Part shown: piece after piece, positions 1 through 9,039 of the stretch
Layout of the letters: the number at the start of each line of letters is the position of its first letter
Position numbering within the stretch: position 1 is the stretch's first letter
NCBI GenBank assembly: GCA_013817375.1
Contig: JACDCV010000001.1
Span: forward strand, 1-46,058
Source: Sphingomonas sp.
GTDB taxonomy: Bacteria > Pseudomonadota > Alphaproteobacteria > Sphingomonadales > Sphingomonadaceae
Reading direction: 5' to 3'
Length of the DNA stretch: 46,058 nt
Program-made: the position numbers and the translations under genes
The notes under the pieces: generated by a model
Told to the model about the DNA's origin: nothing
Databases searched by the model: none
What the model saw: the letters and a program-made list of their open reading frames with translations, nothing else

Positions 1-157
1 GGATTATGGCGCCGGAAGTGCCAAGGAAATTGCTCCTCCGCCGATGGTCGAGGCAAGTCCGCGCCCGCTGACGAAGCTCGCCGCGAATGAAGCGAAACCG
101 ATTGCGGCGGCGCTTCCGGATCCCGCTCGCGACGACGAGGTCCAGGCAGGAGGTTGA
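1..157 (+). CDS. 3' end of a gene entering the window (Pro/Ala-rich C-terminal tail, product unknown)
   Basis: Frame starting at nt 2 is open: DYGAGSAKEIAPPPMVEASPRPLTKLAANEAKPIAAALPDPARDDEVQAGG, stop TGA at 155-157. No family motif visible. Confidence 0.5.
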   Translation, partial: DYGAGSAKEIAPPPMVEASPRPLTKLAANEAKPIAAALPDPARDDEVQAGG

Positions 158-169
158 GCCCGAGGGCTT

Positions 170-238
170 TTAGCGAGCCCGAACCAAAGTGATCGTGCCG
201 AACCCGGCAATGGCGGCTGCCACTGGCAAGCGGATCAT
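170..238 (-). pseudogene. 22-aa ORF resembling a lone signal peptide; probable stub of a deleted exported protein, or a small membrane peptide
   Basis: Minus strand reads AAGGAG-agtcgcg-ATG directly after the upstream gene stop. Encodes MIRLPVAAAIAGFGTITLVRAR*. Confidence 0.45.
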
Positions 239-251
239 CGCGACTCTCCTT

Positions 252-584
252 CTAAAGGCCGCCGCAGCCTTCGTTCTGGACTCCGTCGACCGAAACCTGG
301 ACCCGGTCGGGATAGGTGCGGCCGCCGGCGGCGCATTGCGCGTGGACGATGTTCACGTTGATCCGCGGCGTCTGGTAGATGTCGCCTGCGACGCCGACGA
401 TTGGTGTGGGCCTGGGCTGCCGGATCGGCTGCTGGCCGGCCGGGATGAAGGTCACGTGCTTGTCGTCGATGATCAGATGCCATTGCACCGCGTTTCCGAC
501 GCCGTGGTACGGAGCTGCTGGAGGCGGCGGGTGCGACAGGCATCCGGCGAGGCCAATCACCAGGCCTGCCAGGGCCAAGTTCAT
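252..584 (-). CDS. Small lipoprotein, COG3650-like membrane protein
   Basis: MNLALAGLVIGLAGC has an LAGC lipobox. C-terminal C..GGRTYPDRV.V..DG...EGCGG pattern with a paired Cys. Start placed at ATG 584 because the upstream extension lies in a repeat element. Confidence 0.65.
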   Translation of the reverse strand: MNLALAGLVIGLAGCLSHPPPPAAPYHGVGNAVQWHLIIDDKHVTFIPAGQQPIRQPRPTPIVGVAGDIYQTPRINVNIVHAQCAAGGRTYPDRVQVSVDGVQNEGCGGL

Positions 585-589
585 CAAAA

Positions 590-661
590 CCGTTCGTGTC
601 GAGCGAAGTCGAGACACGTTGATCCCCTAAAGCGTCCCTCGACTACGCTCAGGACGAACGG
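590..661. repeat. REP-like imperfect inverted repeat with 29-bp arms
   Basis: 590-618 is CCGTTCGTGTCGAGCGAAGTCGAGACACG. The reverse complement of 633-661 is CCGTTCGTCCTGAGCGTAGTCGAGGGACG. The spacer is 14 nt and the element is intergenic. Confidence 0.75.
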
Positions 662-682
662 AAGTTTCGGTTCCGGCGGAAG

Positions 683-1480
683 TCAGCGCCAGCTCGCCTT
701 GACTGAAAACGCCATGACCGCCGCCGCGACCGCGGCGTTGAGGCTGTCGGCGCGGCCCGCCATCGGGATCTTCACCAGAAGGTCGCATTCCGCTTCGTAA
801 GGTTCGGGAAGGCCCTGCTGCTCGTTGCCGATCAGAAGGAAGCAGGGCTGGTGATAGGTAGCGTCGAGATAATCTTCGGTGGCCTTGAGGCTGGTCCCGA
901 CGAGCTGGCCGGCGTCGGAGCGAAGCCAGGCCTGGAAATCGCGCCAGCTCGCGGTGGCGATGGCCTGGGTGAACACCGCGCCCATCGAGGCCCGAACCGC
1001 TTCGACCGAAAACGGGTCGGCGCAATCGTCGATCAGGATCAGCCCGCCGGCCCCGACGGCATCGCCGGTGCGAAGGATGGTCCCGATATTGCCCGGGTCG
1101 CGAAGCGCCTGAGCGGCAATCCACAGCGGCGCGGCGGTGCGGTCGATCCGCTCCAGCGACGTCTCCGGCTGGCGATAGGCGCCGAGCAGCATCTGCGGAT
1201 TGTCCTTGCCGCTCATCTTGGAGAGGATGTCGGCGCTTGTCTCGATGGCCTCGCCGCCGGCGGCTTCTGTCGCGGCGATGATCCCGGCAGCAAGCGGGTG
1301 CTTCGCGCCCGCGGCCGAAAAGGCGATGATTTCTGGCAGGCGCTTGCTGTCCCGGGCCTCGGCGATGATCCTCAGGCCCTCGGCCAGGAACAGGCCCTCG
1401 GAGCGCCGTGCCTTCTTGTCGCGGAGCGAGCGCAGCCGCTTGACGGTATTGTTCGAAAAAGCGGTGACCCGGCGGGGCAT
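683..1480 (-). CDS. SpoU/TrmH-family RNA 2'-O-methyltransferase
   Basis: Motifs DPGNIGTILRT, IGNEQQGL and IPMAGRADSLNAAVA, plus the N-terminal FLAEG substrate-binding domain. Confidence 0.93.
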   Translation of the reverse strand: MPRRVTAFSNNTVKRLRSLRDKKARRSEGLFLAEGLRIIAEARDSKRLPEIIAFSAAGAKHPLAAGIIAATEAAGGEAIETSADILSKMSGKDNPQMLLGAYRQPETSLERIDRTAAPLWIAAQALRDPGNIGTILRTGDAVGAGGLILIDDCADPFSVEAVRASMGAVFTQAIATASWRDFQAWLRSDAGQLVGTSLKATEDYLDATYHQPCFLLIGNEQQGLPEPYEAECDLLVKIPMAGRADSLNAAVAAAVMAFSVKASWR

Positions 1481-1758
1481 CAGCCCGACTCTTCGCCGAA
1501 TCCCGTTTCGACGAGCTCGACCAGCAGCGCCAGCGAGTCTTCGGCGCCTTCACCCTCGGCGTGGATGATGATCGAATCGCCCAATGCGGCGCCAAGCATC
1601 ATCAGTCCCATAATCGACGTCCCGCACACGCGGCTGGAATCCTTTTCGACCTCGACGTTCGCGGGAAGCCCGCTCGCCATGTTGACGAACTGCGCGCTTG
1701 CGCGGGCGTGGAGACCGCGCCGGTTGACGATGCGGACCTCGCGGCTGGCAGCGGTCAA
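1480..1758 (-). CDS. ptsH: HPr/NPr phosphocarrier protein
   Basis: NRRGLHARASA (phospho-His) and SIMGLMML (regulatory Ser). The TTG start overlaps the upstream stop. Confidence 0.93.
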   Translation of the reverse strand: MTAASREVRIVNRRGLHARASAQFVNMASGLPANVEVEKDSSRVCGTSIMGLMMLGAALGDSIIIHAEGEGAEDSLALLVELVETGFGEESG

Positions 1759-2162
1759 GCCGCGGCTTCCCCGAGTATTTCGGAAGCGACGGAGATATAT
1801 TTGCGTCCGGCTTCGCGAGCTGCAGCAACGGCCGCATGGACTCCCATGACCTTGCGGGCGCCCTCGAGACGGATCAGCATCGGCAGGTTAACGCCTGCGA
1901 TAACCTCGACATTTTCGCTCTTCATCAGGCTTATCGCAAGGTTCGAAGGCGTTCCTCCGAACAAATCGGTGAGGATGATAACGCCTTTGCCACGATCGAC
2001 CCGGCCGATGGCGTCGGCGATATCCGAACGGCGCGCTTCCATGTCGTCGTCGGGGCCGATGCAGATGGCTTCGATCGCGTCCTGCGGCCCGACGACATGC
2101 TCCATCGCGGTGATGAACTCGGCCGCAAGGCGCCCGTGAGTGACCAGCACCAGTCCAATCAT
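1755..2162 (-). CDS. PTS EIIA component, mannose-type (ManX/PtsM)
   Basis: Motifs LVTHG, TDLFGGTPSN and GVNLPML; position in the PTS cluster. Confidence 0.93.
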   Translation of the reverse strand: MIGLVLVTHGRLAAEFITAMEHVVGPQDAIEAICIGPDDDMEARRSDIADAIGRVDRGKGVIILTDLFGGTPSNLAISLMKSENVEVIAGVNLPMLIRLEGARKVMGVHAAVAAAREAGRKYISVASEILGEAAA

Positions 2163-3085
2163 TGCTTCAACTCGCTCCCACTCCCGGTGCCGCTTGCCCG
2201 TCCGGCATTGTCCTCGATCCCGTCGTTAGGCGCCAAGGCCAGGTCGCGGTGCCGGACGTTCGGAGAGAATCCGGCGGCTCGCAACCGTTCCGCCATTTCG
2301 AGGGCCGCAGCGACCGACCGATGCCGTCCCCCAGTGCAGCCAAAGGCAATCGTCAAATAATTCTTACCCGCGGCCCAATAACGAGGAATCCATTCCGTGA
2401 GAAGAGATTCGACGCGGTTCATCGTATCGTCCCACGCCGGGTCGCGCCCGACAAAATCCCGGACCGGCTGGTCGTTCCCGGTCAAATCGCGCAGCTCGCC
2501 CACCCAATAAGGGTTGGCGAGGAACCGCATGTCGAAGACGAGGTCAGCGGTTCTCGAGATGCCGTGGCCGAATCCGAAGGAGACGAGGGTGAGGACCGGT
2601 TCCCGGTCGGTGCCGAAGCGGCGGCGAAGCTCTTCGCGAAGCTCGACCGGGCTTAGCTCGGTGGTGTCGATGACGCTGTCGGCTGCCTCGCGAAGCGGCT
2701 CCAGAAGATCTCGCTCGCGGTCGATCCCGTCCTCTGCCGGCCGGTCGGGAGCAAGCGGGTGAAGCCGCCGGGTCTTGTCGAACCGGCGCATCAGCTCGTT
2801 GCCCGAACAGTCGAGGAACAGGATCTCTGGGGTCACCTCCCGGATCGAGCCGATCAGCGCCGGCAGGGCTGCGGGGTCGAAGCCGCGGCTTCGAACGTCC
2901 ATCCCGACCGCGACCGGAACGGTGCGGCACTGGTCGCCCGAATGGACGAAGCTGTCGAGCAAATCGGCGGGAAGATTATCGACCGTGTCCCAGCCCATGT
3001 CCTCCAGCGAGTCGAGGACGCTGGATTTGCCCGCACCGGACATTCCCGTGACGAGCAACAGCCGCGGCTTGCGCGGCTCCGTCAT
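2159..3085 (-). CDS. rapZ: RNase adapter / P-loop nucleotide-binding protein RapZ (YvcJ)
   Basis: Motifs GMSGAGKS, DNLP, FDMRFLANP and GCTGGRHRSV. ATG overlaps the hprK stop (TGATG). Confidence 0.92.
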   Translation of the reverse strand: MTEPRKPRLLLVTGMSGAGKSSVLDSLEDMGWDTVDNLPADLLDSFVHSGDQCRTVPVAVGMDVRSRGFDPAALPALIGSIREVTPEILFLDCSGNELMRRFDKTRRLHPLAPDRPAEDGIDRERDLLEPLREAADSVIDTTELSPVELREELRRRFGTDREPVLTLVSFGFGHGISRTADLVFDMRFLANPYWVGELRDLTGNDQPVRDFVGRDPAWDDTMNRVESLLTEWIPRYWAAGKNYLTIAFGCTGGRHRSVAAALEMAERLRAAGFSPNVRHRDLALAPNDGIEDNAGRASGTGSGSELKQ

Positions 3086-3531
3086 CACCGGAACGCAAGT
3101 CCGAGGCGGTCGAGCGCCAGCGCGACTTTGGACGGTGCCGAAGCGGTAAGCGCATCGATGGTGATAAGCGGCAGGGCAACGCCCAGGATAGGCCGTTCGC
3201 GGCTGTCATCGGGAAGGCGCGGGATGTCGCTGGTCAGCTCGACGAGCAGTGCGACCGGCACATCCCCGACAGTCTCCATGTCCATGATCCCGATCCCGCG
3301 AATCTCAAGTTTCCCGGCGATCTGGGCCGGTGCCGAGGCGACCAGCCGGTCGCCCTCCCGCCGGACGATCGTCTGGTCGTCGCTCACCAGGGTGAAGCCG
3401 CGGTCGAGAAGGCGAAGCGCGAGGTCCGACTTGCCCGATCCGGATGGGCCGGCGATCAGCACCGCCCGCCCGTCAATGGCGACGGTGCTTGCGTGAACGG
3501 TCTCTCCTGACAGCGAGCGGCGCGTGTTCAT
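3085..3531 (-). CDS. hprK: HPr kinase/phosphorylase, short alphaproteobacterial form
   Basis: Motifs VHAS, GPSGSGKS, LVSDD and LEIRGIGI. Confidence 0.9.
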   Translation of the reverse strand: MNTRRSLSGETVHASTVAIDGRAVLIAGPSGSGKSDLALRLLDRGFTLVSDDQTIVRREGDRLVASAPAQIAGKLEIRGIGIMDMETVGDVPVALLVELTSDIPRLPDDSRERPILGVALPLITIDALTASAPSKVALALDRLGLAFR

Positions 3532-5099
3532 TGTTCTATCGCCGGAAGCGAGATGATGAAGCGCGCCCCCGAGGGCGCATCGTCGCGGTCATATACGCTG
3601 ATTTCCCCATCATGCCCTTCGACTATAGCCTTGCCGATCGCCAGGCCCAATCCCGAATGCCTGCCGAAATCCTCGGATTCCGGCCGTATCGAGTGGAAAC
3701 GGTTAAAGATCGCTTCACGCGCCTCGGGCGGGACTCCGGGTCCTTCGTCGTCGATCCGGATCCGAACGTCGCTGCCGACCCGAGTCGCCGCGATTTCGAC
3801 CAGCCCTCCGGGCGGCGAAAAGCTAACGGCATTGTCGATGATGTTGTCGATTGCCCGGGCGAGCCGACCCGGGTCGCCCATGACGACCGCGCTGTCCTTG
3901 CGCGGCCGCGCATAAGCGAGCCGCGCATCGCCCTTTTCGCGCCGCGCCTCCCAGCTTGTGACGAGCTGCTCGATGAGCGGCCCCAAATCGACGATCTCGA
4001 ATCGGGCGCGGGCCAGCTCGGCGTCAGTCCGGGCGGCCTCGCTGATGTCGCTGATCAGCCGGTCGAGCCGGACGACATCCTCGCGAGCGACCTGCGTCAG
4101 CCGCGCCCTCAGTTTCTCGTCCTTCACATTGTCGAGCCCGTCGACCGCCGAGCGGAGGGACGCGAGCGGGTTCTTCAGCTCGTGGGTGACGTCGGCGGCG
4201 AAGGCCTCGATATTGTCGATCCGCTGTCGAAGCGACTGGCTCATGTCGGAGACCGAGCGGGCGAGGAGCCCGATCTCGTCGCGCCTGGAGGGCAGGCGCG
4301 GAACCCGGACTTCGCGCGCACGGCCGAGTCGGACCCGATGCGCCGCAAGTGCGATCCGGCGGAGCGGACGGACGATGGTTCGGGCAAGGAAGAGCGACAG
4401 CAGAACCGAAACCAGGACCGCGACGGCCATCGCAATCGCAAGCGCTGCGCGCTGGCTCCGCATCGAGCGGATCAGGCTTCGCTCGTTGGATGTGACGAGA
4501 AGAGCGCCGTCCTCGATCGGCGCAGCCGCTGAAAGCACCGGAGTCAGGTCCGGCGCCGTTCGCATCATCGTGGTGACGCCATTGCTATCGCGCGCCTGCT
4601 GCGCTTCCGGCCAGGCGGTGATCGTGTCGGTCGCGGGCTCGGTGAAGTCGGGTGCATAATTCGCTCCGACCAGTGCATTGAAGCCGCGGTCGAGCGCCCT
4701 CGCAGCGTCCTTCATCCAGCTTTCGGTGGCCGGGTCGCGAAGGTGGTAAGTGGGCCCCGTCGAGGTCCAGCTGTCGGCAACCAGCCGACCGTCGCCGCCG
4801 TAAAGGCGGATCCGGCTTCGGGTCGTATCGCCGATGGCGGCAAGAGCGCCCGCCCGCTGTGCGGGAGGAAGCGACCGGGCGACGATAACGCTGATCTCGG
4901 CCTCGCGCTCGGTCCGGCGAACCCGTTCCTCGCTCAATTTGTTGCGGAACGCGTCGAGGTAAATCACCCCGAACGCGAGGATCAGAACCGCGAAGATGTT
5001 CACGGCGAGGATCCGCCAGGTGAGTGTCCACCCAGCGTTCCACGGCCGCGGTACCCGCCGCCGGCGCTTATTGCTCTTCGAAACGGTAGCCGACGCCAT
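3528..5099 (-). CDS. chvG: Sensor histidine kinase ChvG
   Basis: TM helix (ILAVNIFA), periplasmic domain, second TM, HAMP (RRDEIG), H-box HELKNPL, DDEGPG and GLGLAI. Lies between chvI and hprK. Start uncertain (ATG 5099 chosen). Confidence 0.9.
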   Translation of the reverse strand: MASATVSKSNKRRRRVPRPWNAGWTLTWRILAVNIFAVLILAFGVIYLDAFRNKLSEERVRRTEREAEISVIVARSLPPAQRAGALAAIGDTTRSRIRLYGGDGRLVADSWTSTGPTYHLRDPATESWMKDAARALDRGFNALVGANYAPDFTEPATDTITAWPEAQQARDSNGVTTMMRTAPDLTPVLSAAAPIEDGALLVTSNERSLIRSMRSQRAALAIAMAVAVLVSVLLSLFLARTIVRPLRRIALAAHRVRLGRAREVRVPRLPSRRDEIGLLARSVSDMSQSLRQRIDNIEAFAADVTHELKNPLASLRSAVDGLDNVKDEKLRARLTQVAREDVVRLDRLISDISEAARTDAELARARFEIVDLGPLIEQLVTSWEARREKGDARLAYARPRKDSAVVMGDPGRLARAIDNIIDNAVSFSPPGGLVEIAATRVGSDVRIRIDDEGPGVPPEAREAIFNRFHSIRPESEDFGRHSGLGLAIGKAIVEGHDGEISVYDRDDAPSGARFIISLPAIEQ

Positions 5100-5775
5100 A
5101 AAGCGTCTCGATAGCATCGAACCCGGGGTCGATGGCGCGAAACTTGCGGCGAATTCGCTTGATGTGGCTGTCGATCGTCCGGTCATCGACGTAGACGTCG
5201 TCCTGGTAAGCGACATCCAGCAACTGGTTTCTGTTCTTTACTACTCCGGGACGCTGGGCGAGTGCTTCGAGGATCAGGAATTCGGTGACGGTCAGGGTTA
5301 CGGTCTTCTGCGCCCATTTCACCTTGTGGCGGGCGGGGTCCATGGCCAGCCGCCCGCGTACCAGCAGCTCGGGCTCCGACTCCTCGGGAGCGATGGCGTC
5401 ACTTTTCGCGAGCTCCTGCCGGCGAAGGATGGCGCGAATCCGGGCAAGCAGCAGGCGCTGCGAGAAAGGCTTGGCAATATAATCGTCGGCGCCCATCGCC
5501 AGGCCCAGCGCCTCGTCGAGCTCGTCGTCCTTGGAGGTCAGGAAGATCACCGGCACCGAGCTGAACTCGCGAAGCCTGCGAAGCAACTCCATCCCGTCCA
5601 TCTGCGGCATCTTGATGTCGAACACGCCAAGGTCGGGGGGATTTTCGGCGAAAGCCTTAAGGGCGGCGCTTCCGTCGGTATAGACTCGAGTGATGAACCC
5701 CTCGGACTGGAGAGCGATCGACACGGAGGTCAGAATGTTGCGGTCGTCATCGACCAGCGCAATCACGTGGCTCAT
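5068..5775 (-). CDS. chvI: OmpR-family response regulator ChvI
   Basis: [30 protein letters not shown] and [12 protein letters not shown]; divergent from pckA. Confidence 0.95.
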   Translation of the reverse strand: MSHVIALVDDDRNILTSVSIALQSEGFITRVYTDGSAALKAFAENPPDLGVFDIKMPQMDGMELLRRLREFSSVPVIFLTSKDDELDEALGLAMGADDYIAKPFSQRLLLARIRAILRRQELAKSDAIAPEESEPELLVRGRLAMDPARHKVKWAQKTVTLTVTEFLILEALAQRPGVVKNRNQLLDVAYQDDVYVDDRTIDSHIKRIRRKFRAIDPGFDAIETLYGVGYRFEEQ

Positions 5776-5940
5776 TCAAAGCGGTCCGTCTGGGGCTAAA
5801 GGGGCGGTACGAACTGACGACTGCTAGGCGCTTCCGTTTTGACCGCGCAACTTTTTCGGGTTTATAGGCGCTATATTGAGGTTGATGCGGCGGCTGCCAG
5901 CGTGGTCGCCGCCGCTATTGTATTTTCGAAAGGGAAACGA

Positions 5941-7584
5941 GTGGGCGACAGGGTCGCGAGACACGGGCTTGAAGAGCAGGGGATCAATACGCCTGCCGAG
6001 TTGCACTGGAACCTTACAACCGCGCCGCTGGTCGAGCAGGCGGTGAATCGCGGAGAGGGACTGCTTGCCAAGGACGGTCCGCTTGTCGTCGGCACCGGCC
6101 AGCACACCGGCCGTAGCGCGAAGGACAAGTATATCGTCCGCGATTCGGTGACCGAAGGCAGCGTGTGGTGGGGCAAGACCAACAAGGCGATGGAGCCCGA
6201 CGCATTCGACCGGCTTCACGAGGACTTCCTCGCAGCGCTCGCCGACAAGGACAGCTTGTTCGTGGCCGATCTTTACGGCGGCTCGCAGCCTGAGCATCGG
6301 GTGCGGGTCCGGGTGATCAACGAGCTTGCATGGCACAATCTGTTCATTCGCACTCTGCTCGTCCGTCCCGAGACCGAGGAACTCGCCGACTTCGTGCCCG
6401 AATATACGATCATCGACCTTCCCAGCTTCCGCGCCGACCCGAAGCGCCACGGCTGCCGAAGCGAGACGGTGGTCGCGGTAAACCTCGAAAAGAAGCTGAT
6501 CCTGATCGGCGGCACCGCTTATGCCGGGGAGATGAAGAAGTCGGTTTTCGGACTGCTGAACTTCCTTCTTCCGACGGACGGGATCATGCCGATGCACTGC
6601 TCGGCGAACATCGGCCCCGACGGGGACACAGCAATATTCTTCGGCCTGTCCGGGACCGGCAAGACGACCCTGTCGGCCGATCCCAATCGGACTCTGATCG
6701 GCGACGACGAACACGGCTGGTCCGACACGGCAGTCTTCAATTTCGAAGGCGGTTGCTATGCGAAGATGATCCGGCTGTCGCCCGAGGCCGAACCGGAAAT
6801 CTTCGCGACCACGCGCCGCTTCGGAACGGTGCTCGAGAATGTCGTCATCGACCCCGAGACCCGCGAGCTCGACCTCGACGATCCCAGCCTCGCCGAGAAC
6901 AGCCGTGGCGCCTATCCGATCGATTTCATCCCCAATTCTTCCGAGAAGAACATGGGGCCGGTGCCGCGCAATATCGTGATGCTGACGGCCGACGCTTTTG
7001 GCGTCCTTCCGCCGATCGCGAGGATGACCCCCGACCAGGCGATGTATCATTTCCTGTCGGGCTATACGGCAAAGGTCGCGGGCACGGAGATCGGGGTCAC
7101 CGAGCCCGAAGCGACTTTCTCCACCTGTTTCGGCGCGCCGTTCATGCCGCGCCACCCCTCCGTCTACGGCAATCTGCTCAAGGAGCGGATTGCCAGTGGC
7201 AATGTCGATTGCTGGCTGGTCAATACCGGCTGGACCGGCGGCAAATATGGAGTCGGTCGGCGGATGCCGATCAAGGCGACTCGCGCGCTTCTCAACGCCG
7301 CGCTCGACGGGTCGCTCAAGAATGCGCAGTTCCGCAAGGACGCCAATTTCGGCTTCGACGTGCCGGTCCATGTGCCTGGAGTCGAGGACAGGATCCTCGA
7401 CCCGCGAAGCACCTGGTCGGACCCGGACGAATATGACCGCACCGCGGCCAAGCTCGTCGACCTTTTCGTCCACAATTTCGAGCAATTTGCCGATCACGTG
7501 GACGAAGGCGTTCGCCAGGCCGCGCCCAGGGGCAGCCAATCGCAAGGCCAAGCCCAACCGCAAGCCCAGGCAACGCCAGCATAG
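5941..7584 (+). CDS. pckA: Phosphoenolpyruvate carboxykinase (ATP)
   Basis: [40 protein letters not shown] and [12 protein letters not shown] at 5941 follows AAGGGAA. Confidence 0.97.
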   Translation: MGDRVARHGLEEQGINTPAELHWNLTTAPLVEQAVNRGEGLLAKDGPLVVGTGQHTGRSAKDKYIVRDSVTEGSVWWGKTNKAMEPDAFDRLHEDFLAALADKDSLFVADLYGGSQPEHRVRVRVINELAWHNLFIRTLLVRPETEELADFVPEYTIIDLPSFRADPKRHGCRSETVVAVNLEKKLILIGGTAYAGEMKKSVFGLLNFLLPTDGIMPMHCSANIGPDGDTAIFFGLSGTGKTTLSADPNRTLIGDDEHGWSDTAVFNFEGGCYAKMIRLSPEAEPEIFATTRRFGTVLENVVIDPETRELDLDDPSLAENSRGAYPIDFIPNSSEKNMGPVPRNIVMLTADAFGVLPPIARMTPDQAMYHFLSGYTAKVAGTEIGVTEPEATFSTCFGAPFMPRHPSVYGNLLKERIASGNVDCWLVNTGWTGGKYGVGRRMPIKATRALLNAALDGSLKNAQFRKDANFGFDVPVHVPGVEDRILDPRSTWSDPDEYDRTAAKLVDLFVHNFEQFADHVDEGVRQAAPRGSQSQGQAQPQAQATPA

Positions 7585-7593
7585 GCCCGTTTG

Positions 7594-7623
7594 CTGATCG
7601 GGTCCTTCGAAGGACCCGATCAG
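7594..7623. repeat. Perfect 30-bp palindrome (13-bp stem hairpin) between pckA and the next ATG
   Basis: CTGATCGGGTCCT-TCGA-AGGACCCGATCAG is its own reverse complement. It contains GAAGGA and abuts ATG 7624. Confidence 0.85.
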
Positions 7624-8008
7624 ATGACCGACTTTTCACCACGCCTGTTCCATTCCGATGCCGAGATCGAGCGGATCGGCGAAGGGCTTTTGACGCGAAC
7701 ACTTCCACGACCGGACTGGACCCACGAAGCCCATCTCGCGGCTACCACCTACTTGCTTCTCAGACGTCCAGACATCGACCTTGACGCGCAGCTGGGCGAC
7801 ATCATCCGGCGCTACAATGCAGGCGTTGGGGGAGTGAACAGCGACACCGAAGGCTATCACGAGACGATCACCCGAACGTCCCTTCATGGCGCTCGCCTGT
7901 TCCTTGCCGAGGCGGACCCAGGCGAGCCGCTCCATGAACTGGTCAACCAGCTGCTGCTGTCGCCGATGGCGGGACTTCATTGCGCCGGACCTGGCTTTGC
8001 TGCCGTGA
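7624..8008 (+). pseudogene. Conserved hypothetical protein (WTHEAH / YHETIT type), probably frameshifted by an internal deletion
   Basis: The frame reads as coding up to LLLSPM (7968). A plausible family C-terminus, RDFIAPDLALLP*, is in the +1 frame (7970-8008). The in-frame readthrough looks non-coding and overlaps the next gene. Confidence 0.6.
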
Positions 8009-8065
8009 CCGGGAATAAAGCGCGCGTGTCGCTTTCATCTTCATTGATGACGTCGCTCGCGCCAT

Positions 8066-8563
8066 ATGGCGCTTGTGAAAAGCCGCGAAGAAATATTGGC
8101 GAGCCGGTGGATGCGGCCGATCGCCCATCTGTTCTCGCACCCGACTCTATGGCACCTCAACCGGCGAAGCGTCCCCCGGGCGCTCGCGCTTGGCCTGTTC
8201 TCCGCCTTCATCCTTCCAGTCGGACAGTTCGCGCTGGCCGCTCTGCTTGCGCTGGTGATCCGGGCCAATGTGCCGCTTGCCGCCGCTACCACTCTCGTCA
8301 CCAATCCGCTGACCTTCCCGCCAATCTATTATGGCGCGTACAAGCTCGGCGCGTTCCTTCTGCGTCAGCAGTCGGGCGACAGCGCAGGCGAGCTTGCCCG
8401 AAGCTTCGGCGAGAAGGTTCTGGACGTTTCCGGCCCCACGGCCCTCGGGCTTCTGATCTTCGCGATCGTCGGAGCGGCGGTGGGCTATACGCTCGGCGCC
8501 ATGTGGTGGCGTCTGCGGCTGGTCCAGCGTTGGCAAACGAAGAGGTCTAGCCCGGATAGTTGA
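8066..8563 (+). CDS. DUF2062-family membrane protein
   Basis: LWHLNRRSVPRALALGLF, RANVP and TNPLTFPPIYY; several TM segments. Confidence 0.85.
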   Translation: MALVKSREEILASRWMRPIAHLFSHPTLWHLNRRSVPRALALGLFSAFILPVGQFALAALLALVIRANVPLAAATTLVTNPLTFPPIYYGAYKLGAFLLRQQSGDSAGELARSFGEKVLDVSGPTALGLLIFAIVGAAVGYTLGAMWWRLRLVQRWQTKRSSPDS

Positions 8564-9029
8564 TGCTGAGGATCTCGTAGGCTTTTTCGCCCGAGGGCAG
8601 GCGGACAAGGCGCTCGTCGCCGACTCGCCCGCCGATCAGTGCCCGGGCCAGCGGCGCGCTCCAGCCGATCCGGCCGGCTGACGCGTCGCCCTCATCGTCG
8701 CCGACAATGGTCAGGGTCCGAAGTTCGTTATTCTCGTCCGCAAGGTCCACCGTCGCTCCGAACCGGACCTGGTCGCGGGAAGGTTGCTGCGCCGGATCGA
8801 CGACCTTCGCCGCCTTCATGATGCGCGACAGGTGGCTGAGCCGTCGGTCGATCTCGCGAAGCCGGCGCTTGCCGTAGAGGTAATCGGCATTCTCGGAACG
8901 ATCGCCGAGCGAGGCCGCCCAGGAGACGATCTCGACGATCTTCGGCCGCTCGGTCCCGAACAGCTCCTCATATTCGCAGCGGAGGCGCCCGAAACCTTCG
9001 GGAGTAATGAAGCGCGGCCTGTCTGCCAT
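8547..9029 (-). CDS. greB: Transcription elongation factor GreB
   Basis: ITPEG, VSWAASLGDRSENADYLYGKRRLREIDRR, FGATV and APLARALIG. Confidence 0.92.
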   Translation of the reverse strand: MADRPRFITPEGFGRLRCEYEELFGTERPKIVEIVSWAASLGDRSENADYLYGKRRLREIDRRLSHLSRIMKAAKVVDPAQQPSRDQVRFGATVDLADENNELRTLTIVGDDEGDASAGRIGWSAPLARALIGGRVGDERLVRLPSGEKAYEILSINYPG

Positions 9030-9039
9030 TCGCCAGGGC

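Noticed and set aside
5068-5099. 32-nt overlap of chvI and chvG
   Set aside because: It depends on start-codon choice, and short overlaps are ordinary in two-component operons.
5824-7563. 579-aa antisense ORF over pckA, and similar long antisense ORFs over cckA (15367-17391), the transglycosylase, recA, EF-G2, yihY and cheA
   Set aside because: These are shadow ORFs expected from high-GC codon bias. They have no motifs or RBS and mirror well-supported genes.
1480-7584. PTS(Ntr)-chvIG-pckA cluster as a novel system
   Set aside because: This is a well-known conserved alphaproteobacterial arrangement.
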